Positions 58,137-64,000 of a stretch of 64,000 bases of DNA are shown here, piece by piece. The position numbers were made by a program, and so were the translations under genes. Position 1 is the stretch's first letter. Each line of letters opens with the position of its first letter. Below the pieces are notes generated by a model. The model worked only from the letters and a program-made list of their open reading frames with translations. It did no database searches and was not told where the DNA came from. The stretch spans positions 1,315 through 65,314 of the forward strand of contig CAAGAM010000070.1 in NCBI GenBank assembly GCA_900767815.1, read 5' to 3'. Source of the DNA: Clostridia bacterium (GTDB lineage Bacteria > Bacillota > Clostridia > Christensenellales > Borkfalkiaceae).

Positions 58137-59722
58137 TTTGCAAGTTCCTTATAAGTTTCGATGTTTTGCTTGATAAGTTCTTCGGAAGCGTTTTTTACCA
58201 AATCGTCTGGCGCGGCGGTAATGTCGCTACCGTCGGCGATGTTTGCGACCCTTACGAGTTCCTGCCAGACTTTAACCATTGCAAATGTATCGAGTTCGCA
58301 GTATTTCAGTAAGTTTTTGCGTGCGATTTTCTGTTCTTCCGGCGGCATATCCTTTATAAGCGGGAAGATCGTCATAGCCTCGCCGCCGTTGTGGATTTCC
58401 TCCAAGTTGTGATAATCGAGCGCCGGATCGTCGGGAAAAATCGCCGGCAAAACGCTTTTTATCGAAAACGAACCGCCCATTGCTTTGTTGTAATATGCGC
58501 CTCTCTGGAACGGATCGAGCAGGTCTTTTACGTTGCGTTTTATATTCAGCAAATGCTTTGAAAGGTCGGGGAATTCTTCCGCAAGTTCTTTCAGTCTGCC
58601 GCACTCGAATTTTTTATTGTAGGCAAGCACACATACGTTTTCGGGAATATTTTCGCACAGGCTTTCTGCTATCGCGCGGCGCGGATCTTCTCCCGAAACG
58701 CCTAAAAATTCTTTGTGTGAAAGGCAGCTGTTTTCGCTCTCTATATAGTGCAAAGAGTACTGAAAAGGAATTTGCTCGTAAGGTTTCGCACCGTCGAAAG
58801 GCGGAATAATCTCTTGCATGGTTTCAAAATCAAGAAAGTAAAGAGGGTAGGAAAGCGTGTTCAAAAACTCGTCTATAAGTCGATTATCGACATAAGTTCC
58901 TCTGTCATTAAGCGCAAAATCGATCTGCCTCGATTGCAAAAAATTAAGCGAGGCGCGCTTTTGCAAATCTTCAAACGACACGATACCGTCTTTATAAAGT
59001 TGCCATTTTTTATTGCAACGATAAATTTCAAAAACGTTATGTTCGGGTAAGTGCTTTGAGCAGTATTTCCAATAGGCGCATTCATGAGATAAGGAGCATT
59101 GCTCGCCGATGTCGATATTCGGCTCTTTATCGCAACTTAAAAGATTTTCGGCGCTTGTAAGATTTCGTTCGACGACTTCGTACTCGTCGGCGATGAGATC
59201 TTTAACGTCGGTTATTTTGAACAAATTTTTAACGTCGATTTCGCCGCGGCGCACATATTCGTTGTTAATGCAAACAACGTAAGTCCCCGTCACTTTAACT
59301 CCGCATTTTTCGAGAACGTATTTTTGATAGGCAACATCCACGAGATAGTTATATTTAATGTTGGTTGCGCTTTTTACTTCGTAAATCGCGTATCCGCCGT
59401 TTTCTTTATGCAAAATATCCACGGCGCAATACAGCCCGTTATAATCGAACGACGCTTCGCAAATATTTTCTTCGCCGCGGGCGATACATTCGGCAGTTTT
59501 CCTCTTCATTTCGTCAAGGTTGAGTTTTCCGTCGGCGGAACAAGCGGTAACTTCGGTATAATCGCCGAATAAACCCATTGCAAGGTCACCGACCTCGTTT
59601 CCGCTCTTCATTCTGCCGAGCGCGCCCTCGTCGATTTCTTTTTCTTCGGGCTTGTATTTATCGAGCCAGACGATTTTAGGACATTGCCAGAACGAACAAT
59701 ATTTCGATTTTGAAAAATACAT
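58133..59722 (-). CDS. DUF2779-like protein (PD-(D/E)XK nuclease-like + DnaQ/RNaseH-like domain)
   Basis: D..EVK motif (CAVDIL..YEVKS) in the N-terminal half. LDFETMQ...YSLHY, resembling DEDD-exonuclease motif I, in the C-terminal half. Probable start at the second ATG (59722), preceded by GGGGA. Confidence 0.5.
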   Translation of the reverse strand: MYFSKSKYCSFWQCPKIVWLDKYKPEEKEIDEGALGRMKSGNEVGDLAMGLFGDYTEVTACSADGKLNLDEMKRKTAECIARGEENICEASFDYNGLYCAVDILHKENGGYAIYEVKSATNIKYNYLVDVAYQKYVLEKCGVKVTGTYVVCINNEYVRRGEIDVKNLFKITDVKDLIADEYEVVERNLTSAENLLSCDKEPNIDIGEQCSLSHECAYWKYCSKHLPEHNVFEIYRCNKKWQLYKDGIVSFEDLQKRASLNFLQSRQIDFALNDRGTYVDNRLIDEFLNTLSYPLYFLDFETMQEIIPPFDGAKPYEQIPFQYSLHYIESENSCLSHKEFLGVSGEDPRRAIAESLCENIPENVCVLAYNKKFECGRLKELAEEFPDLSKHLLNIKRNVKDLLDPFQRGAYYNKAMGGSFSIKSVLPAIFPDDPALDYHNLEEIHNGGEAMTIFPLIKDMPPEEQKIARKNLLKYCELDTFAMVKVWQELVRVANIADGSDITAAPDDLVKNASEELIKQNIETYKELAK

Positions 59723-59890
59723 AACGTTCCCCATCTTTTGTTTGATTTCGGCTATATTTTATCATATTTTATGGAAAATATCAACCGAAAAGCATTATAT
59801 AAAAGATTATGTACCGTTTTTAGGACTAAATTATTGCTAAAATCCAATCGTTATGATATAATATTAAAAAATCATAACGGAGAGAAAACA

Positions 59891-60910
59891 ATGACAGACA
59901 GCTTGGAAGCGAAGAAATTACTCATTATTCGCATAATGCAAATACTCGAATATTACAGCGACGTAAATCATCCGCTCACGCAAGAAGACATAATAAACAA
60001 ACTGTACGAAGATTACGGAATTGAAGCTGAACGAAAGGCTATAGGGCGGAATATCGCCCTTTTACAGGATATGTTCGAGCGCGAATCGATGAAAAAAACG
60101 GCAACGGCAATCGTTATAGAATCGGATAAGAGGAAGGGAACTTTTCTGGATAAACGGCTTTTTGAAGATTCCGAACTCCGTCTGTTGATAGACGGCGTTC
60201 TTGCGAGCAAACATATTTCGGAAAAGTATTCTAATGATTTAATAGAAAAACTCTCGGCACTGTCTAACAAGTATTTTAAGTCTAACATAAAGCACGTTTA
60301 TTCGGTTAAAGACTGGGACAAAACCGAGAATAAAGCGTTGTTTTATAATATTGCAATCGTTGACGAAGCGATAGAAAAATGCAGGCAGATAACCTTTGAT
60401 TACAATAAATACGGCGCGGATAAAAAACTTTACAAAACCTCATCGCACACGGCAAGCCCGTATCAGCTGATTTTACATAATCAGCATTATTATTTGGTTT
60501 TTTTAAGCGAGAAATGGAAAAATCTCGGACATTTCAGGCTGGATAAAATAACTAATATCGATATAACTGAAAAACCGCTTACGCCGCTTCGCAGCTTAAA
60601 GGGTTATGAAAACGGGCTCGATTATAGGAAATACGCTTCATCGCTACCGTATATGTTTACCGACAAAGTTGAAAGGATTACCTTTATTTGCGACGAGTGC
60701 GTTATCGATCAGGTGGTGGACTGGTTCGGAAAAAATATTGCCATATCCGATCTCGGTGGCGGAAAATACGAAGTTACGGTCACGGCAAGCCCTAACGCAA
60801 TGGAATACTGGGCTATGCAATATTTAAACTACGTAGAGATAAAAACGCCTGCAGAGCTTAGAGCAAGAATAAAAAATAATCTGCAAAAAGCAGAAGAAAA
60901 ATATAAATGA
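59891..60910 (+). CDS. WYL-domain transcriptional regulator (BrxR/CapW-like: wHTH + WYL + C-terminal extension)
   Basis: N-terminal HTH-like LLIIRIMQILEYYSD..LTQEDIINKL and WYL-like HYYLVFLSEKWKNLGHFRLDKI. Its stop overlaps the start of the DUF262 gene (ATGA). Confidence 0.6.
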   Translation: MTDSLEAKKLLIIRIMQILEYYSDVNHPLTQEDIINKLYEDYGIEAERKAIGRNIALLQDMFERESMKKTATAIVIESDKRKGTFLDKRLFEDSELRLLIDGVLASKHISEKYSNDLIEKLSALSNKYFKSNIKHVYSVKDWDKTENKALFYNIAIVDEAIEKCRQITFDYNKYGADKKLYKTSSHTASPYQLILHNQHYYLVFLSEKWKNLGHFRLDKITNIDITEKPLTPLRSLKGYENGLDYRKYASSLPYMFTDKVERITFICDECVIDQVVDWFGKNIAISDLGGGKYEVTVTASPNAMEYWAMQYLNYVEIKTPAELRARIKNNLQKAEEKYK

Positions 60911-62903
60911 AGGTAAGAAACATGGAAAGCAGCGTAAAATTATTACCAGTAAAAGAGTTGTTAGGAATGAATTTTTATATTCCGGAATATCAACGTGGAT
61001 ACCGTTGGGGAAAACAACAGGCTGTCGACTTGCTTGAGGATATATCAGCATTCGCAAATAAAATATCTGATGACAACGACGAAATTTATTGTATTCAACC
61101 ATTAGTTGTTTCAAAAAGGGAAAGTGATGAGGACATCTTAAAAAAGTGCAAGAAAGAAGATGCTACTCTTGAAGATATTAAAAAAGCAATAAAAGGCTCT
61201 TGGACCGTAGTTGACGGGCAACAGAGATTAACGACGATTTATATTCTTCTCCGGTGCTTAAATGAGGATAAATGCTATGAAATAGAATATGGTACAAGAA
61301 ATAAAAGTAAGGATTTTCTAACAAAAATTAACTCTGATTCTGACAACTCTGCCGGCGATAACATTGATTTTTACTATATGAAAGAAGTTTATTCTGCAAT
61401 AACCGGCTGGTTACAAAATAAATCAGATTCAAAAAATAATTTGCGCGCCGTTTTACTTAACAAAGTTAATTTTATATGGTATGACATCTCGGGTGAAGAT
61501 GAAATAGCCGTGTTTACTCGTTTGAATATAGGCAAAATTCCGCTAACCGATTCAGAATTGATTAAGGCGCTATTTTTGAATCGGACAAATTTTTGTTCAA
61601 AATTAAACGTGGAAGACAAATGGTTAGAGATCAAGCAGCATGATATTGCATCGGAATGGGATTGGATTGAGAATGCGTTGCAGAATGATGAATTTTGGGC
61701 ATTTTTACATGATGTAAATTATTCAAAACCTACCAGAATTGATTTCATATTAGATTTAATTAAAAATAAAAATAATGATAAATATAAATTATATAAGAAT
61801 GAAGAAGGCAAAAACAAAAAAGAAGCTCAATTATGTAATAAAGTACTGAAAGAAAAAATAGGGAACGACGAGCATGCGACGTTCCGTTATTTCAACGAAG
61901 CGTTTCTTTCTCGTCGAGAAATTGATAGCGACGAATGGCTTGATGAATTATGGAATAAAGTAAAAGATTATTACCAAGTGTTTAACGAATGGTATCAGGA
62001 TTATAGGCTTTATCACTATGTAGGGTATTTAACGACGATTGAAGGTGAGAAGTTTAACGTTTCTTCTTACGTAGATGAATGGAACAAAAAGACGAAAAGT
62101 GAATTTGTTCAGTATATAAAAAGTAAAATAGTTGAGTCGTTAAAATCAAAAAAATGGATGGAAAAGCTTCCTGATTGCAGATTTGATGAAGATGGTTCAC
62201 CTAACAAAACGGAAACGGTCGGTATTTTACTTCTCCATAACATAGAAACAATTATTCAACAAAATGATAAATTAGTGGCGGAATCAAAATATAATCTGCC
62301 TAACTTTTCAAAATTTCCGTTTCATTTGTATAAGCGGGAAAATGGCAAGTGGAGCATATCAGGCCGAATGCGGGGGATGATTTTAATAAAAAAGACTCCG
62401 ATAAGCTATATTTGTCTTTGGCGAGGCCGTACATAAATAACCAAAACCTGATTGATAAAATTGACAAATATTTAAGCACTAAGGATAAAAATGAAAGCGA
62501 AAACTTTAATGATATATTAGCTGAAATTTGGGAAAATGGCGGAGCATTGCCGGAGGAAGATAAAAATAAAATTTTTAACTTTGTGCTATTGGACGAATCG
62601 ACTAATAAAGAGTATGGAAATCAGATATTCACTGTTAAAAGGGCTTTTATAGCTAATAAGGAAAGAGGGCTGAAAATTCGTTACAGTTATGATAAAGGGG
62701 ACCTTGTAAAAAGCAAACCGATACCAGAAATAGCTTTTGTTCCGCCTTGCACAAAGAACGTTTTCTCAAAATTTTATACTACGGTTCCGTCAACAATGGT
62801 GAATTGGAATACGGAAGATGCTGAGGCTTACTGGAAGGATATGTGTGATAAATTAAAGTTTTATTTTGATGAGTTAGAAGTGAAAAAGGATGACAAACAA
62901 TGA
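60907..62903 (+). pseudogene. GmrSD-like type IV restriction endonuclease (DUF262 + DUF1524) split by a single-base frameshift
   Basis: ORF 60907-62436 carries DUF262 motifs (IPEYQRGYRWG, VVDGQQRLTTIYIL). ORF 62349-62903 in another frame carries the DUF1524 His-Me motif (EHIRPN...NFVLLDESTNKEYGN). The frames meet at the A4 tract GGGAAAATGG near 62336-62345. Confidence 0.6.
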
Positions 62904-64000
62904 GCAGTAAGTTTAATTTATGGAAATTATTGAAAGAATATCGCGTTATTATACCTATAATTCAGCGAGATTACGCGCAGGGAAGAAAAGAAAATGATTA
63001 TATCCGGAAAACGTTCTTGAAAGATATAAAAGACTGTCTTTGCAGCGAGCCGCCGGAACAATTAACGTTAGATTTTATATATGGCAATATCGAGTGCAAA
63101 AATGGCGATGACAAACGATTTTATCCGCTTGACGGGCAACAACGGCTTACTACGCTTTGGCTTGTCTATTGGTATGTATCTTTTAAATCGGGTAAGCTTT
63201 CAAAAGATAGCGAGCAGTTGAAAAAATTCACCTATGAAACGCGTAGGTCTTCCCGAGATTTTTGTATAGCGTTATGCGATAAGGTTGACAGTGCTAAGGG
63301 TATTAATGATAATGAAAGTATAGTAGATTATATTAAGTCTCAAACGTGGTTTTATTCAGCATGGTTGCAGGATCCGACGATAAGTGCGATGCTTCACACA
63401 CTTGGCGGTGAAGGTGATAACAATATTGAAAAAATCTTTGAACAGTGTAATTTTAGCGGTCTTAGGGACAAACTAATAAACCCCGCCTCTAACCCTATTC
63501 AGTTTGAGTTGATGATAATCGGGGGGGAGAAATTGCCTATTTCGGACGATTTATATATTAAAATGAATGCCAGAGGGAAGCCTTTAACGAATTTTGAAAA
63601 CTTCAAGGCGGACTTGGTGGCGTGTATTCAAGATCCAGAAAATAGCGAGCGATCTAAATTTGATGAAGAGAAAGATGTTGTACCGCCACTTTCATACTCA
63701 CAATATTTTCCGGTACAGATCGATAACGCTTGGACGGATGTGTTTTGGAACTATGCAAAGAAGAGGGAGGGTTTTGACGGCAAGATTGACGATCAATATT
63801 TTGCGTTTATCAATAGGTTTGTTGTAAATAAAATATGTTTGGAGTCTGAACTTAAACCGGATGAGTTTGATCAGAAGAAGGATATAACGAGTTTAAGTGA
63901 TGATAAAAAAAGAGATAGAATTGCTTTTGATAAGTTGATTGGGGTGCGTTTAAAAGGCTTAGGCGCTGATGATGGCTTGGTGAAATACGAGGGGTTTGAG
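62900..64000 (+). CDS. second DUF262-domain protein (partial; runs off window end)
   Basis: ATG overlaps the upstream stop. IIPIIQRDYAQG and LDGQQRLTTLWL motifs. No stop codon seen in the remaining ~1.1 kb. Confidence 0.55.
   Translation, partial: MSSKFNLWKLLKEYRVIIPIIQRDYAQGRKENDYIRKTFLKDIKDCLCSEPPEQLTLDFIYGNIECKNGDDKRFYPLDGQQRLTTLWLVYWYVSFKSGKLSKDSEQLKKFTYETRRSSRDFCIALCDKVDSAKGINDNESIVDYIKSQTWFYSAWLQDPTISAMLHTLGGEGDNNIEKIFEQCNFSGLRDKLINPASNPIQFELMIIGGEKLPISDDLYIKMNARGKPLTNFENFKADLVACIQDPENSERSKFDEEKDVVPPLSYSQYFPVQIDNAWTDVFWNYAKKREGFDGKIDDQYFAFINRFVVNKICLESELKPDEFDQKKDITSLSDDKKRDRIAFDKLIGVRLKGLGADDGLVKYEGFE

Overview
The window reads as Firmicutes (Clostridia-like) chromosomal DNA with four parts. 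(1) nt 1-15640 is the transfer module of an integrative/conjugative element. All genes are on the + strand and translationally coupled. It has VirB6-like and PrgI/VirB3-like membrane proteins, a VirB4/TrsE ATPase encoded as two ORFs, and a MobC-like RHH protein. It also has a His-motif relaxase with a C-terminal Sel1-repeat array, a Toprim primase-like protein and a VirD4/TcpA-type coupling protein. It ends with a small HTH protein and a 1302-aa repeat-rich surface protein with a C-terminal membrane anchor. The left end, and any integrase, lie outside the window. (2) nt 15790-16975 is an ISL3-family IS remnant. Its transposase is 5'-truncated and internally interrupted by a short palindromic insertion, and its right inverted repeat abuts an AraC-family regulator gene. 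(3) nt 16982-50500 is a large AraC-associated glycan (mannoside or N-glycan-type) utilisation locus. It carries a 167-bp promoter-leader module duplicated 4.6 kb apart. Its genes include a cupin isomerase-like protein, a DUF4432 epimerase-like protein, GH42-like, DUF4434, an AGE-family 2-epimerase, a GH38 alpha-mannosidase and a GH127-like protein. It also encodes an ABC sugar transporter (binding protein plus two permeases) and four secreted or lipoprotein giants (1021, 719, 1690 and 1724 aa) that share paralogous domains and near-identical C-terminal modules. A GH43-like beta-propeller protein and an SGNH hydrolase close the locus. (4) nt 50500-64000 is a lower-GC island. It holds a sialate-O-acetylesterase-like gene and several gene remnants: a ROK kinase fragment, a frameshifted SIS isomerase and a serine recombinase N-terminal fragment. 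It also holds a sigma-70 region-4 protein, a MazF/NdoA toxin and an AlbA_2/HATPase_c_4 protein carrying a perfect 6x12-bp in-frame tandem repeat. A KilA-N protein, a Doc toxin translationally coupled to a 530-aa DUF2779 dual-nuclease-like protein, and a WYL (BrxR/CapW-like) regulator coupled to a homopolymer-frameshifted GmrSD-like (DUF262+DUF1524) gene follow. A second DUF262 gene runs off the window end. No rRNA, tRNA or CRISPR array was recognised. All family assignments are from motif reading by eye, with no database search.
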